From Flaccisagitta enflata (Eukaryota), in the NCBI GenBank assembly GCA_965153355.1, contig OZ231126.1, forward strand, positions 22,444,001-22,508,000: a stretch of DNA of 64,000 nt. The letters run 5' to 3'. Within the stretch, counting starts at the first letter, position 1; the number at the start of each line of letters is the position of its first letter. Positions 1 through 14,408 of this stretch are shown here, piece after piece. The position numbers and the translations under genes were made by a program. The notes beneath the pieces are model-generated. The model was not told the origin of the DNA, did no database searches, and worked only from the letters and a program-made list of their open reading frames with translations.

Positions 1-941
1 TATCTTCTTCCCTTTTTTGTTTTCCATCTATTGCCGTCAGATGACGAAGGAGCGACTCGCTTCTCGCATTCGAAATTCCAATATGTTTTCTCTCCATCTC
101 CAGAAAACAACCCTTTCATTGGGGAAAAGCTCCTTCACTCGTTGCCTAGATAACCGCCTTATTCACTAGCTATTAGGATCATCTCAGCTTTTTTTCATGT
201 GTTGTTTTTTCCTAAACGAAAAAGAGAAAAACAAAAACCGCCGTCCTAGTGGAAGAGAACATTATGCTGATCTGGAATCTTTATTGTGAGTTTAACGAGG
301 CAAGTATTTCTATTTTTAAGACGCCGGGACTGAAAATGAAAAAAGGAAATTGTTCAAAATTATAAATTTTTGCTGATGTCTCTCTTTCTCGCTTATCTTT
401 CCGGTCTATGTACACGCGTATGTATATAAATGTGCACACCCTCTCTCGCAATGAACGTTTTGATAGCGCTTACGAGTCATGTGTGAACGGCGATTCCATG
501 TATGACGGTTGAAAAGTAGGCAGAGTAGAGACAAGTGAAAAGATTCATCAGCAGTTATCTGCCTTTTGCTATACTCTTCAAGCTAAGTCTGATCTCAGTA
601 TGCCGCTTTAAATAGAACACAAGAATGCCACCAACCCAACTCTTGGATGACATATTTGCAGAAAAAAAACTTCAAAGACCTTTTTTTGGTTTGCCTCTCA
701 CTGACATTACACACCTGTAATAATGGCTTTTTGCACGCGTATCCTCATATCCTGAGTAACCCTCTGCCCTAACTCACACACACAAGAGCCAGTTCAATGG
801 CATCTGAATTTGGTATCGTCTTAAAACTTGCGATGATGCGACTTTTTACTCCTTTTTCCTTCCTTTTTTTTGCCCTTGAGGAAAGGAGAAATAAACTTTG
901 TCTCTTTCTGGCGATAAAAAGTGACATTAATAATTCTGTCA

Positions 942-1155
942 GGGCGTGTTTCTAGTGAAGATGAAAAACGCGTTTGTACCCGTGAAACGCGATAACAGCG
1001 TGAACACATATTCAAGAATTTCAACTGTCCCACGAGGGAGTGAGCAAAGTGAGTGAGCGAGCCCGTGAACGGAGTGAGCGGTGCGAGCAAACGAACATAG
1101 CGAGCGACCGAGTGGCCAGTTAAAAACGCGATCGTCTTTGACTAGAAACGCCCCC
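942..1155. mobile_element. PIF/Harbinger (Tourist-like) MITE
   Basis: Imperfect 15-bp TIR GGGCGTGTTTCTAGT/ACTAGAAACGCCCCC with 3-bp TSD TCA. Second copy at 14409-14618; reverse partial copy at ~32975-33066. Confidence 0.75.
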
Positions 1156-1419
1156 TCAGTGCAAAAGTCTCTCGAAAGTGGATGAAATAGATGGCAAAGG
1201 TGATTTTGTGGTAATGTTGGATTTCGTTACGACGAAGAGATGGCAGACTTGAGACTTGATGTTTTGATGTACATCCCGCACTGAGCTCTAAATGGCAGCG
1301 CATGAGTCTAGTTGGCCTCTTTTGGGCGCAGTTCTTGCGGCACTGCCACTGCACAAACACGTCATTGGCCATCTAGATCACTAACCTTGCCATACCGTAA
1401 ACGGCTATGGTAGCGTGCG

Positions 1420-2110
1420 CTGCCTCGTTCTCGAAATCGATATGATACTCTTGCCAAAAGCTGACGCCAAAAGCTGACGCCGTCTGCTTTGATATCATGA
1501 TGCAGTCAGTATTGATACCAAGACCGTCTGCCTTGATTAGATGCCGTAAAGGAGTCGACGTCAACACTATAACGCCGCTTAAGTGCCGTGATGCGGTCAG
1601 CATGAAAATTGAGACAGTTGGCGTTGATGTTGAGACTGTATGCTCTGATGCCATGAGGTAGTCAGTGTCAACGCCATAACGCCGCTTGCAGCTTGCTTAC
1701 CAATTGTCATGATGACGTCGACAAAAAAAGTTGAGACAGTTGGCGTTGATGCCAAGACCGTCTGCTCGCCATAACGCCGCTTGTGTGTCATGATGCTGTT
1801 GGCGCCAATGCCACGATGCTGTTGGCGTCAATGCCATGATGCCATGATGCCATGATGCTGTTGGCGTCAATACCATGATGCGGTAGGTATAAAAATCGAG
1901 ACAGTCCATAATGATGCCGAGATTATCCGCTTTGATTCCATCAAGCAGATGGCGTCGACGCCATATATGTCTTTTGCTGCTCGGCGTCGCTGCCACGATT
2001 TGGTCGGCGTCAAAGGCGAGACATTCGGCGTCTTTGATGGGCAAAGTGGCGATGCTTTTATCTCATCGCCGATGAATGTCTCCACGACGTCACCTTTTGG
2101 CCCCAACACA
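1420..2110. repeat. Degenerate tandem repeats (TTGGCGTCAATGCCATGATGC-like), probably inside a non-autonomous element
   Basis: Recurring GAGACAGTTGGCGTTGATG and CCATGATGC motifs; terminal hairpin GGCGATG...CATCGCC near 2048-2070 followed by an A-run. Confidence 0.5.
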
Positions 2111-2977
2111 AAAAAGAAGGACGCAGAACATCAAACGCACTTTTAGTTCCTTTTTGGAATCATTTCTCTTTTGTTTCTTCATAAAAAAACATTTCTAGCT
2201 CGTCTTCTTCTTCTTCTTTTTCTACTGCTTTTCCTTTTCCCTCTTATTCTCTCTCTCTTCTCTTCGTCTTTTTCTCTTCTTCTTCTTCCTTTCTTCTTCG
2301 TCTTTTTGTCATTCTTTCTTCTTCATCATTTTCATCCTCTTTCCTTCTTTTTCTTCTTCTTCTTCTTTTTTACTTTCTTCTTCTTCTTCTTCTTCTTCTT
2401 CTTCCTTCCTCTTCTTCTTCTTCTTCTTCTTCTTCTTCTTCTTCTTCTTCTTCTTCTTCTTCTTCTTCTTCTTCTTCTTCTTCTTCTTCTTCTTCTTCTT
2501 CTTCTTCTTCTTCTTCTTCTTCTTCTTCTTCTTCTTCTTCTCCTTTTTCATCATCCTCTTCTTCTTCCTCTTTTTCTTCTTCGTCTGTTTGTCATTCTTT
2601 TACAATTTTTTTTTAAGTTAATCTATTCTTCATCCTCCACTGCTCTCTGCCTTTGCCAACAATCTCTTACAACCAATCTCATTTCCTTCCAATTCTGATT
2701 AATCCAATCAGTTGTAATAAAGTTATGGTTCATTATACAAATTGTCACACCGCTAATGTTCTTGCGAAATCAATTACTAGATTGAATTTATCATCATCAT
2801 CATCGTAAGCATACATAATATTTTTGAATTCGTCTTACCACCTGAACCATGCAAGCTGATTTGATTTCTTCAATGTCTTCTGATGTCTTACTCTACATCC
2901 TCCAGAGTTTCTTTTAGAACTTTTTCAATTACCTTTCCATTTTTTTTTTCAACTTTTAAGTTTTCGTTTTGTTCCTT

Positions 2978-3055
<78 letters not shown>

Positions 3056-3914
3056 TATATATATATATTCACAGTTTCTATAACTTCATTAATTACTATC
3101 CATCGCATTTTTTCATCTTTTTTCAACTGTGTGCGCTGATCTTATTTTTCCTTTTTAATTTTCTATTTCTTCATCTTCTTTTGACTTATGTTTGTCAGTT
3201 ATCACTTATCACTTCAGTAACTCTATTCTTATTACTGCCCTGCCTACCTGCACGCGAGACTTGGCAGCTGCATCTGGTCTCAGTTTTGATATGTAAACTC
3301 GCACATGGGTGCAGGTAGCCATCCAACTCTGAACTGCCCTAACTCCTCAACAGTCTTCTCCTCCACACACACAATACGCGCATCCAAATGCGCGTTTTTG
3401 CCAACTTTTAACTTGTGCATTATAGACAGATCGATGGGAATAACGGATTGATAATACTGACGGACCTACCGACCATCGGACCCATGGACCGACTGACGGA
3501 CGGACAAAGCCTCATGTAGAGGGGCGTGTCTCAATCGAAAATTGTGCCAGTATGGGTCATGAAAAAGCTTCTGATATACTCTTGGCTTATGAGGTGTTAA
3601 TGATTGTTCTTTTTTTCTTTTTCTTCTCCCTCTTGTGCCTTCTTCTCCCTCTTCTCCCTCTTCTTCGTCTTCTTCTTCTTCTTCTTCTTCTTCTTCTTCT
3701 TCTTCTTCTTCTTCTTCTTCTTCTCATGCTTCTTCTTCTTCTTCTCATTCTTCTTCTTCTTCTAATTCTTCTCTCTCGCTTCCTCTTCCCCCTCGTGGCA
3801 ATAAAGACGTACATTAATCCTCATTTGCGTCTAATACAAAACCTCTCAGAAAACTCACCTTCGCTCGATGGCGTCATTCTGCCATCGAAAACCGGCCAAA
3901 CTCGCGCTCGTTCG

Positions 3915-3945
<31 letters not shown>

Positions 3946-4351
3946 TCTCTTTCTCTTTCTCTCTCTCTCTCTCTCAAGATTTCTTCTCTCTTTCTCTACA
4001 CATGTGAACATTTGACAGTAGAGTTGGCGGTGGCAGCAGCGGCAGCGCAGCGGCGATGTTCGGCAGCGGTGGATTGACACGTTCCAGCGGTTCCGTTTGT
4101 CTTCGGATCTCGGGTTGTCGACTGGCTCTCTATCGCTTACTCGCGCTTTCTCGTTGGTTTCCACGAAACCTTCGCAGATCATCAGGGTTCTGCGCGTCCA
4201 GAGGAAATAAGATATGCCTCCTCTCTCTCTCTCAACTGTCTCACCTTATTCTCTGCCCACGCTCCATCTTGCTTATTTTTTCTGTGATTTGATGACACGT
4301 GCATGAAAATAAATGAGGAAGGATGAGAGAGAGAGAGAGACGGAGAAGAGA

Positions 4352-4515
<164 letters not shown>

Positions 4516-4713
4516 CCAAATGGGGATATGTCGATGACTCGAAGTGCACTCGGGCCATCTAGTTAAGTAAACGCATCATGTTGGTGACAAAAAGATTTTC
4601 CCTTTTTGAGCAAAGATCTCGACCGGTGTCGTTTATCATCGAATATGGCGAATGACAAACAAAGTCAAAGAAAGAAGAAAGTGAGTCGGAAAAAAAGAAG
4701 ACAGTTTAAGATA

Positions 4714-5195
4714 CAGTACGTTTAGTTCAAAGACGGCTTTTTTGGAGGCTCTCCTCTTAGTCACATCTTTGCACAAACTGTTATAGTCTATACATTTTCT
4801 CAAAGCTAACGCTTGTCTTTGTTGCCTGAAAAAATTTCAGCTCAATCGGAGCATGTTAACCTTGAGAAAAAGAAATTCGAGAGTTTCCCCCCGGTTCGAA
4901 CCCGCGGTGTGACAAAGAGAAATCTTATCACTTTGAAAATTGAAAGTCTAGTGTGTTAACCACTAGACCAAACCGCGAGCTCACTGGTAAAACTGATTTT
5001 CTTGTATTTAAATTTAACTGACTGAATCGAACGGGCTCCGCCGAGTTTCGCGAAACGAACATTTTGAAAACGATGATTTGTGCCAGAGCGGTGCAGAAAC
5101 CTTTCCTCTTTGACAGCTTGCCAAATCTGCTACGATAACGATAGCAAGACGCGGATTTCACCATTAGAAAGCCCTTGAAAAGCTCTTTACGGTGA
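4714..5195 (-). mobile_element. Dispersed repeat with TA-CAGTACG terminus and embedded tRNA-like A/B boxes (left member of an inverted pair)
   Basis: Reverse-complement homologue of ~9980-10444. Contains CCACTAGACCA (A box, minus strand) at 4960-4970 and GGTTCGAACC at 4893-4902. Confidence 0.6.
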
Positions 5196-5619
5196 TCATG
5201 AATATTATCCTTATTCTTTATCTCAAAATAACGCAATAAACTATACTTTGAGCAAAATTGGTTATAAACAAGGCCAAGTAGGCCAATAAGGTGCAACGTG
5301 TGGATCGTCGAACGAATGCGTTACTAGTGTCACTAGACCATTTGGGTGGCAGGAGCAGAGGTCTTATAAACAAAAATCATAAAAAGTAAAGTGTGACGGA
5401 TCATAAATCGACCGACCACCGACGGACAAAGCGGGTGTAGAGTCGCGTATGACACTAAAGGAAAATTTCATTTGAAGCGTCAAGAATGAAATTAAGACAG
5501 AACACCTGTGTGTGTGTGTGTGTGTGTGTGTACGAAATGCTTCTATGAAGATGGCGAAAATCTATCATCCACCAGCCGCTCGCTAGAGGAAAATGAGTGA
5601 TTGTACAATTTTTATTTGA

Positions 5620-5725
<106 letters not shown>

Positions 5726-6906
5726 AATCGAGTATATGAATTTCTGGCTTCAAATCAAGATTTTTTGTCATTTTGCAATTCTAATACTAGTAAGTAGTCC
5801 CATACAAAAATAATGATTAATGAATTTTTTATCATTTTAAATGAAATTTATTAGTCTCACTAATTCTCTTAGAATCTTGCTGTGATGTTTAAATAATCTT
5901 TTCTGAGTATAAAATTACAATTGGTCAGATTCCCACACCTGAAATATGTGAAAAAAAAAATTATTCAGATTTCTTTATTAATTATCCTAAAGATATTTGA
6001 AAAAAAAATTTATCTATTTTGCTTAATTAGTGGCTAATGAAATAAGGAATAATTTTTTTTGCTCAAAACTATCATTTTTACTCTAAAAATAATATCAATT
6101 TAAATATATTCTTAATCTTTTTAATCATATGCATGCAACTATACCTTACTTTGTCCATCTGTCCATCTGTTGTCTATCTCTGTTTGTTGGTCCATCACAC
6201 TTTCACTTTTTTAAAATAATTTCATTTCCTTAAGTCATTTTAAGTCATTTTAGAGTATACTAGGTCATTTTAAGTCATTCTAAGACATTCTAAATCATGA
6301 GAACCTCACACGCGACTTATAGCCTTGTTGAAAAAAAAATATAAAGGATTTAAAAAATTAAAAAGATTTGTATTTCTATTATATTTTCTATTAAAAAATA
6401 TTTGAAATTGTGTACAAATTTCATTGATTTATTTAAACATTCAAGTTATAAACAAAAAGTATAAAACAGCAAAATATAGATAGATAAGATAAAAGTGCAA
6501 ATTTTCAAAAATGATCAAAATTTTACAAAATACTAGAAATCAAACAAATACAATATCTTTTGTCTAAAAGCCTCAATTCATATCAGTATTCATTGTATAC
6601 AGCAAGAAACAAAATTGTTAATACAAAATAAAAAGAATATAACCCAATATCAAATTAAAATAGCTGACTAATTGACTGACTGATTTCAATCTTCAAACCT
6701 TTATGCAAAAAAAAAAAAAACATGATTTTTTTTTAAATTAAGATATTTTATGCCTGGGTTTCTGACCGCAAAAAGGATAATATTAATCGAGAATTGTCAC
6801 TGTTTATTTGTCTCAAAGAGGAACGGACTTAATCACCTGTACCTGATGATTACGGCATACAAGACCATAAGATGATAACAAACAGAACACACCTGGTATT
6901 TGTCCC

Positions 6907-7115
6907 TTTTAAGTCGCGTGCTAAGCGACTCTACACCCTGCTATGTCAGTCCGTCGGTATGTCGGTCGGTTGCTCCATTGGTTGGTCTCCTTTTAACTTT
7001 TTTGGCCCTTTTGAGATTTTCGAGCATACTACTGCCCAGATGCGCTAGTGACCTTCTCCAGCACTGCTCCAGCCCACCCGCATGCGACTAGGGTAGCCGT
7101 GTATCCGGCATTGTT
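6907..7115 (+). mobile_element. Short HINE family copy (representative of roughly 30 copies/fragments in the window)
   Basis: TTTT-AGTCGCG...GCGACT hairpin, (GTCG/GTCC)n microsatellite, CGCGACT-type subterminal IR, and 3' stem-loop GCCGTGTATCCGGC-TTGTT. Other copies at approx. 5270-5460, 7484-7593, 8351-8555, 9493-9636, 12297-12476, 14730-14985, 18657-19023, 21616-21866, 24094-24310, 25312-25520, 33790-34037, 41827-42033, 45317-45510, 46560-46760, 58668-58907 and 63058-63140. Confidence 0.75.
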
Positions 7116-7701
7116 AATCAAAGAATAAAGGTCTTATAGAGTTTTAAGGTTTCGCATTTAAATGTCAATGAGCGCGGCGCGCGTGATCGCTTTCGAAAGA
7201 CGCGACGTAGACGCAAATAACGATGTTCGTAACGTAAGACTTTAAACTACTGTAAGGGGTCTAAAATTTACAGAGCACATGCCTGATGAGCCAACCAACG
7301 CAAGATAAAGGAGAAAACGTTACGCGTTTGAGGCCTATATTGTTTCAAAACAAACTGAACTGGGTTGAAAATCAGGGGCGAATAAAGATCTCCGAAATTT
7401 TCCAGTTTTACTTCACTGTAATTTTGATGTGTTTCAAGTTGCAAAATGATCAAGTATCACTAAAAAAAAGTTGTTTTGATGAAAACAAGGCCGGATTTAC
7501 GGCCAATACCACTTTCCAACTCGATCACCACGGACCGACGGACCAGCGGACGGACGGACAAAGCCTCTTATAGAGTTGCGTGTCCGCAACTAATAAAAAA
7601 AAAAAGAAATAGACAAATGAATTCGGGATCTTTAAAAATTGTCCCAAATCATAAATTTAATAAAATGTGATGTGAAGACAATTTCTTTTAAGAGTGACCT
7701 A

Positions 7702-8076
7702 CACGCTTCTCTTTTTATAAGAACTCTGTTTATAAGAACTTCAGCCTCAAATTCAATCAAAAATTAAGAACATTCCAAGAACATGCTGAGCCTTAGATTT
7801 AAAAATAAGAGTACAATTTTTAAAAATTAGTAATATTAGATCAAAAACCTCAAATGATTGATATTTTGATAATGATTCTTAAAATAACAATTCATCTAAA
7901 TGTTTTTGACAATTGCTTAAAAAAACACTATTTTAATATAGATGTACAATTATAAAGATATTATCTAATTGAAAAACAAATGCATGATAAAAACGCTTGA
8001 GCCTCAAAATACGGCTAAAAATGAGAATGCTGAGGCTCACTTAAAAAATCAATGTTCTTTTAAAATGAAAAGCGTG
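7702..8076. mobile_element. Tc1/mariner-type MITE
   Basis: TA-flanked; TIR CACGCTTCTCTTTTTATAAGAAC / GTTCTTTTAAAATGAAAAGCGTG. Confidence 0.65.
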
Positions 8077-8934
8077 TAAAGCAAATAGAGTGCAAAAATG
8101 ATAACATTACTTTTAGTAAATAATATATTTTTTGCAACAAAATGATTTTGATTGAAGTCTTAAAATTGTCAGAATACAATAATAGTACAAAAATAGGCTA
8201 AATTAGCAACATTGAAAATATTCAGATTATCAATTTTCTACTAGAATAGGTTAGTATTCAAACACAATTCAGACACAATTTTCCATAAAAATATACAGCA
8301 TTAAAACTACAAGAGAGTCCTTGAGAAAACTTATCGCATTTTGATGCATTTTTAGTTGCGGACACGCAACTCTAAGAGGCTTTGTCCGTCTATCTGTGCG
8401 TCCATCCGTAGAGGTGATCAAGTCAAAAAGTGGAAAAATAAGTGTTTTGGATACTTAATATGTATGTTTGAGTACAAAGTGCGGTTTGGGGTGTGGATGG
8501 GGGTTGGATGCCCCTGCCCACCCATCTGAATCGATATAGTGACCCCATGTCATATAAAATAATTTATTTTTAGTCTCGTGCACGCGACTCTACAACCCAC
8601 TTTGTCCGTCTGTTGGTCGCACTTTGCTTTCTCTTTGTCTAAGATTGCTTGGTGCCGTTAAGCGGCGTTTGCAGCCGGACCACTAGACAAAAGTCGTGTC
8701 CATCAGTCCGTTGGTTAACCCCCTCCTGATGGATTGATTTGTATGCTCGTTTAAGAGGGGGTTTTAAGAAAGACCGAAAGCTCGCACTATCATACTCATA
8801 TATTTTGAAAGTTTGTTTTAATGTTGAATGAATGAATGAATTTAACTTGAGTTACAATTACAAACAAGAAATACAATGTATAAAATTTTAAAAAGCCTGC
8901 ATCGACGAATGAAAATCGTCAAAACTTTGTCTTC

Positions 8935-9385
8935 ATCTTGAATATTTGTTTTACTATAGAATGTTTGAATATCAAATGTTTATGTTTTAATAATTAATGT
9001 TTATGTTTTTATGTTGAATGTTTATGTTTCGATATCAAATATTTATTATTTAATGTTTGTTTCAGTATTGAACGTTTATGTTTCCATTTTGAATGTTTAT
9101 GTTTCATGTTTGTTTCAAAATCCAATGTTAATGTTTAAGTATTGAATATTCGTTTTAATATTGAATCTTTGTTTTGATATCCTATGCTTTCATTTTGATA
9201 TTGAATGTTTATGTTTCAATATTGAATGTTTGTTTTAATATCAAATGTTTATGTTTTACTATTAGATGTTAGTTCCGATAATAAATTTTTGATTTAATAT
9301 CGAATGTTTATATTTTTTATTGTCGAATGTTTGTTTCAATAATGAATGTTTATGTTCAAATAACAAATGTTTATGTTTCATTTCC
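8935..9385. repeat. AT-rich degenerate ~20-bp minisatellite (ATTGAATGTTTATGTTTCAAT-like)
   Basis: Recurring AATGTTTATGTTT motif. Confidence 0.75.
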
Positions 9386-9801
9386 AATGCTGATGTCCTT
9401 TTTTTATTGTTTGTTGTTGTGGTCTTCGATGTTGTTGTTGTTGTTGTGGTAATTGGGAAAGTTGTTTCTACTAAACTTCTGATTCTCTAATTTTTAGTCG
9501 CGGACATGCGACTACACCTTGCCGTGTCAGTCGGTCCGTCCGTCCGTCCCGTAACATTTTTGAATTGCGAGCGGTTTTCCCATGACTGCTCCTGCCCATC
9601 CGTCCACAATACTGGACTGGCTTGTATTCGCCTGTTAATTCGATATTGTCATGGCTAACAGTTTAGACTTTGTTTCTAAAGGAACGTTTTGGAAATATTA
9701 TTAGCTGACAGAAGCTGAAGGTTACTATGACACACTTCAACAAACTCTGCCACATTCATACACACACTACATATATCTGTGACATTGCACACACCTACAT
9801 T

Positions 9802-9920
<119 letters not shown>

Positions 9921-9979
9921 TTTTTTCAAATTGACACTAATTATTGACAGATTCAAATGGGCCATCAATTTTTTTCATT

Positions 9980-10444
9980 ACATAGAGCTGTGCAAAATCT
10001 ATCTGATGGTGAAAACCGCATGCTTTTATCATTCCTAGTTCGCGTTTGGCAGCCTGCTTAAGTTGAAAGGTGTTCGTTACGAATCTCCGATTTCGAAAAG
10101 TTTATTTCGCATTTTTGGTTGCGAAGGAAGCAAAAGGAATTTAATCAATGATGTTTGCAGCTTCCCACAGCTCATAGTTTGGTCTAGTGGTTAACGCTCT
10201 GGACTTCAACTGGGAATGTTTCTTATTGCTGGTGACATTTCTATGTTGAGCTACGAGTTCGAACCCGGGGGAAACTCTCGAGTTTCTTTTTCTCAAGGTT
10301 AGGTTGCTCCGATTGAGCTGAAATTTTTTCAGGCAACAAAGTCAATCATTGGCTTTAAGAAAATGTACAGATTATGACAGTTTGGGCAAAAATGTGACTA
10401 TGAGGGGAGCCTCCAAAAAAGCCGTCTTTGAACTAAACGTACTG
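9980..10444 (+). mobile_element. Dispersed repeat with tRNA-like A/B boxes, ending CGTACTG-TA (right member of the inverted pair)
   Basis: TGGTCTAGTGGTTAACGCTCTGGACTTCAA from 10180 and GTTCGAACCC at 10257-10266. The terminal ~200 bp is a close reverse complement of 4714-4900. Confidence 0.6.
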
Positions 10445-11034
10445 TACATACAGACGGACAGACAATGACTGTTTGATAGTTTGAGGGAGAAACGACATAA
10501 GTGAATAAGATGGACAAATAAAGCAGGCAAGCGAAAAGATAAACAGACAGACTGACGAACTGAAAGACAGACGGACAGAGAGACAGACCGACAGAAGAAC
10601 AGGCAGAAAGACAGACAGACCAAGACAGACAGACAGAAAGACAGAAAGACAGAGAGACAGCCCGACAGAGAAAAAGACAGACAGATAGACAGGCAATCAG
10701 GCAGACAGACAGATAACAGACAGACAAAATCACATTCGTACAGGAAGACAAGCAGACAGACAGATAGACAGACAGCGAGACAGCAAGACAGACAGACATT
10801 TGCTATGACTGCCAGACTCAATGATAGGGACTAAGAAACAAATACACAGGCAAACAGACAGTGAGACTGGCATTCTTTAGAAGGAAAATCATTTGCAGGC
10901 CGACAGACTAACGGAGCTGTAGCCTAAGGACTGTGTCTCGACTTCGTTGATCTCCGCGCGCGCAAACGCATTGACGCAAAAATGAAGATTGAGAGAGATA
11001 AAAAACGAAAGATGTAACGACAACCACAATAATG

Positions 11035-11082
11035 ATGGAGAAAAAGAAGAAGAAGAAGAAGAAGAAGGAGAAGAAGAAGAAG

Positions 11083-11114
<32 letters not shown>

Positions 11115-11313
11115 GAGGAGGAAGAGGAGGTAGTGTTGACGATAGTCCATTTAGCCTTGGACCGTAGTTGAGCAAGAATAAGAACACAGGTTGTAGAATA
11201 GAAGAAGAAGAAGAAGGGAAGAAGAAGAAGCAGAAGAAGAAGAAGAAGAAGATGAAGAAGGTTAGGGCTGCATATACAAGGAAGAAGAAGAAGAAGAAGA
11301 AGAAGAAGAAGAA

Positions 11314-11345
<32 letters not shown>

Positions 11346-11395
11346 AGAAAAGAAAAAAAGAAGAAGAAGAAGAAAAAGAAGAAGAAGAAGAAGCA

Positions 11396-11443
<48 letters not shown>

Positions 11444-11817
11444 GAAAAAGAAGACGAAGAAAAGGAAGAAGAAGAAGAAGAAGATGAAGAAGAGAAGAAG
11501 AAGAAGAAGAAGAAGAAGAAGAAGAAGAAGAAGAAGAATAAAAAGAAGAAGAAGAAGGAGAAGAAGAAGAAGTGGAAGAAGAAGTAGTATTATATAATAG
11601 TTAAAGAAGAAGAATATTAGCATGAAGAAGAAGTAAGAAGAAGAATAAAGGTTAAATAGCTGAGAAGAAGTAGAATATTAAGAATGATAATAGCAAGGAT
11701 AGAAGAAGAAGAAGAAGAAGAAGAAGAAGAAGAAGAACAAGAAGAAGAACAAGAAGAAGAACAAGAAAAAGAAGTAAATATAAAATAAATAAATAATAAT
11801 AACACAATAAATAAGAA

Positions 11818-11849
<32 letters not shown>

Positions 11850-12266
11850 AAGAAGTAGTAGAAAAGAAGAAGTAGAAAAAGACGATTTAAATAGTGTTAA
11901 GAAGGAAGAATAGTTAAGAAGAAGAATAAGAAGAAGAAGAAGAAAAGTAAGAAGAAGAAGAAGAAGGTTAGAAGAAGAAGAAGAAGTTAAGAAGAAGAAG
12001 AAGAAGAATAAGAAGAAGAAGAATAGTTGTACAAGAAGAAGAAACGAGAAGAAGAACAAGAAAATAGATAAATAAAGAAGAAGAAGAAGAAGAAGAAGAA
12101 GAAGAAGGAAGAAGAAGAGAAAGAAACGAAGAAGAAGAATAAAGAAGAAGAAGAAGAAGAAGTAATAGTTAGTTATGAAGAAGAAGAAGTGAAGAAGAAG
12201 AAGAAGAATAAGAAGAAGGAGAATAGTGAGAAGAAGAAGAATAATTAAATAAGAATATAGAAGAAG
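11035..12266. repeat. ~1.2-kb imperfect (GAA)n tract
   Basis: Direct reading. Other (GAA/CTT)n tracts at 2200-2580, 3640-3770, 32475-32620 and 42742-42912. Confidence 0.95.
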
Positions 12267-12872
12267 TTTTTTTAAAATGCAAAAATCTTAATCAAAACAA
12301 ACCTGTATCAAACGATACCAGCTTACCGAAGTTGTGTGCGGTTGGGCAGGGGCAGTGATAAAAACGTCTTTTTAAGCAATTGAGCAGGAGCAGTAACGCA
12401 AAAACCGCCTGTAAACACTGAAAAAAGCTAATGGGGACTGACCAACCAACATAGTCGCGTAGCACGCGACTAAAAATCATTTTAATTTGATTCAATAGAT
12501 ATTGTTAGGGGCAATTAGCACAGCTTAAAACCAGAATGCTTCAGTTTTCTGTTTTCTTTTAAATCCAAGTTTCCTTTTTCAAATAGAATTTTTCATTACC
12601 CAGTTTAAAGGCAGTAAAGCTGATTTGAAATGATCTGAAGCTTTCTGCAATGATACGAAAAACACAGGGAAAAATACTTCAGTAAGACAGTAAAATGGGT
12701 AAGGAAGACCTTTGTTAGTTGTATGCGACTATCTGTTATAACTATATAAGTAAGGATTAAGGAATGGGGGGGTCGGTAACAACGAACTTTGGAAATGCCA
12801 GTCAGACATATGGCCAAAGTGTGCACAATAACAATATATAATCACATGTGAAAGGAAAAAGGGGTAACACCA

Positions 12873-12994
12873 TATCATTTACAGTCGTGCCACACCCCTT
12901 ATTTACATTGTAATGAATAGGGAGAAGGAAGAGGAAGAGGAAACTCCTATACTTTACAATGGGAAAGGTAGGGTTGGCACGACTGTAAATGATA
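12873..12994. mobile_element. Small palindromic MITE
   Basis: TATCATTTACAGTCGTGCCA ... TGGCACGACTGTAAATGATA perfect 20-bp inverted repeat, with further imperfect pairing inside. Confidence 0.6.
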
Positions 12995-13566
12995 AAGTCT
13001 CATGAACTTTTCCTTTTAGTTATTAGGTTGATGTGTGATTGCGCACGGTCTGGTGATATGTCCGATTGGCATTTCCAAAGTAGGTTGATATCGACCCCCC
13101 CATTAAGGAAGACCTTTGTGGAATATAAAAGGACGCAAACGGGTGGGCAAAAGTTGAAATTTACATCTGCAATAATTTTTTTTTCGTGCGTCATGGACCA
13201 ACAGAGGTATCGATAGACAATAACGAGAGGGACTGAAAAATGTATCAATGAATGTACGCGTACGTCAAAGGGACCAGCAAATTTTGTTAGTTGTACGCGG
13301 ATATCTGTCATTGCCAACATAGAAAATCAAAAGAAATAACATAAAGAGAGAACAAGATTTTGTATCCGTGAGAGGCGGATTTCCTTCACTTTCGTGTCCG
13401 TTATAGCGGTGTATAAATGCACACGATCAGCGATCATATACAGGATAGGTAATGACTCCCGGAGATACTATGGGGAACTGAAAAAGAGTCTAAAGCATCA
13501 AGCATGAACGTGGTAGAAAAGCTATAGCTCGGAAACTCACGCAACTGCAAAGCCTAATGGAAAACA

Positions 13567-13635
<69 letters not shown>

Positions 13636-14408
13636 TATAAAAGATGCAAATTCATAGTTCCTTCAAGTTTCTTTGTTTTATTTCCTTTGATGACAGTAAG
13701 AGAAGTCCGTCTACAATATGAGAAAATTATCGTTCCGGTGAAATCCGTTAGAGCGGTGTTCAACTGCATACATCTTCTCAGATAAACTGTCGTCAGTTCT
13801 AGATAAAGACTACAATAGATAGTCATAAAAGCGCTTTATGGTCAGAGGTACTCGATGGCCCTTAATAAGCGTATGTGAGGACGAGATGGTGGGAGGAGCC
13901 TCTGGAGGTGCGCCGCCCAAAAAGTGGTACCCGGTCATCTTGTCTAAATTCGATTATCATCTTTTATGTCAGTGTATTCTTATGTCAGATATTTGTGGAA
14001 AACATTTTGTCAATTTTTTGGCAAGAAAATATTAATTCCTTTTTCAAATTCTAAAACTTAAGCGCAATAACATGACCTCACATGATTTGGCAAATGAGCA
14101 GATAGTCATTGTGAGCGCCGGCGTTTGAACGTGAGATGGTCGATAATCTCAAGTATTCATTATGAAAGTTGAATCAACATTGCCCTTATAAAAGGAGGCC
14201 AGAATTCTCCAATATACAAAGGATGAAAATGTTATGTTATGAAAGTGATGAAAGTGATGAAAGTGTTATGTTATTCGTCTCATCAACTCCTAAACCTTAG
14301 TGCTTCTTCTATAACGAAAGAAAAATCGATAAAATGAAATGATTCTAGGAACCTACGGTAGTTGGTTTTCTGAGTCGTGTCAGGCGTGGAGGCTTTAAGA
14401 AGGACTTA

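Noticed and set aside
10170-10280. Functional tRNA (Gln/Glu/Sec-like)
   Set aside because: No convincing acceptor or anticodon stems, over-long spacer, and the two copies differ at the anticodon; it is part of a repeat.
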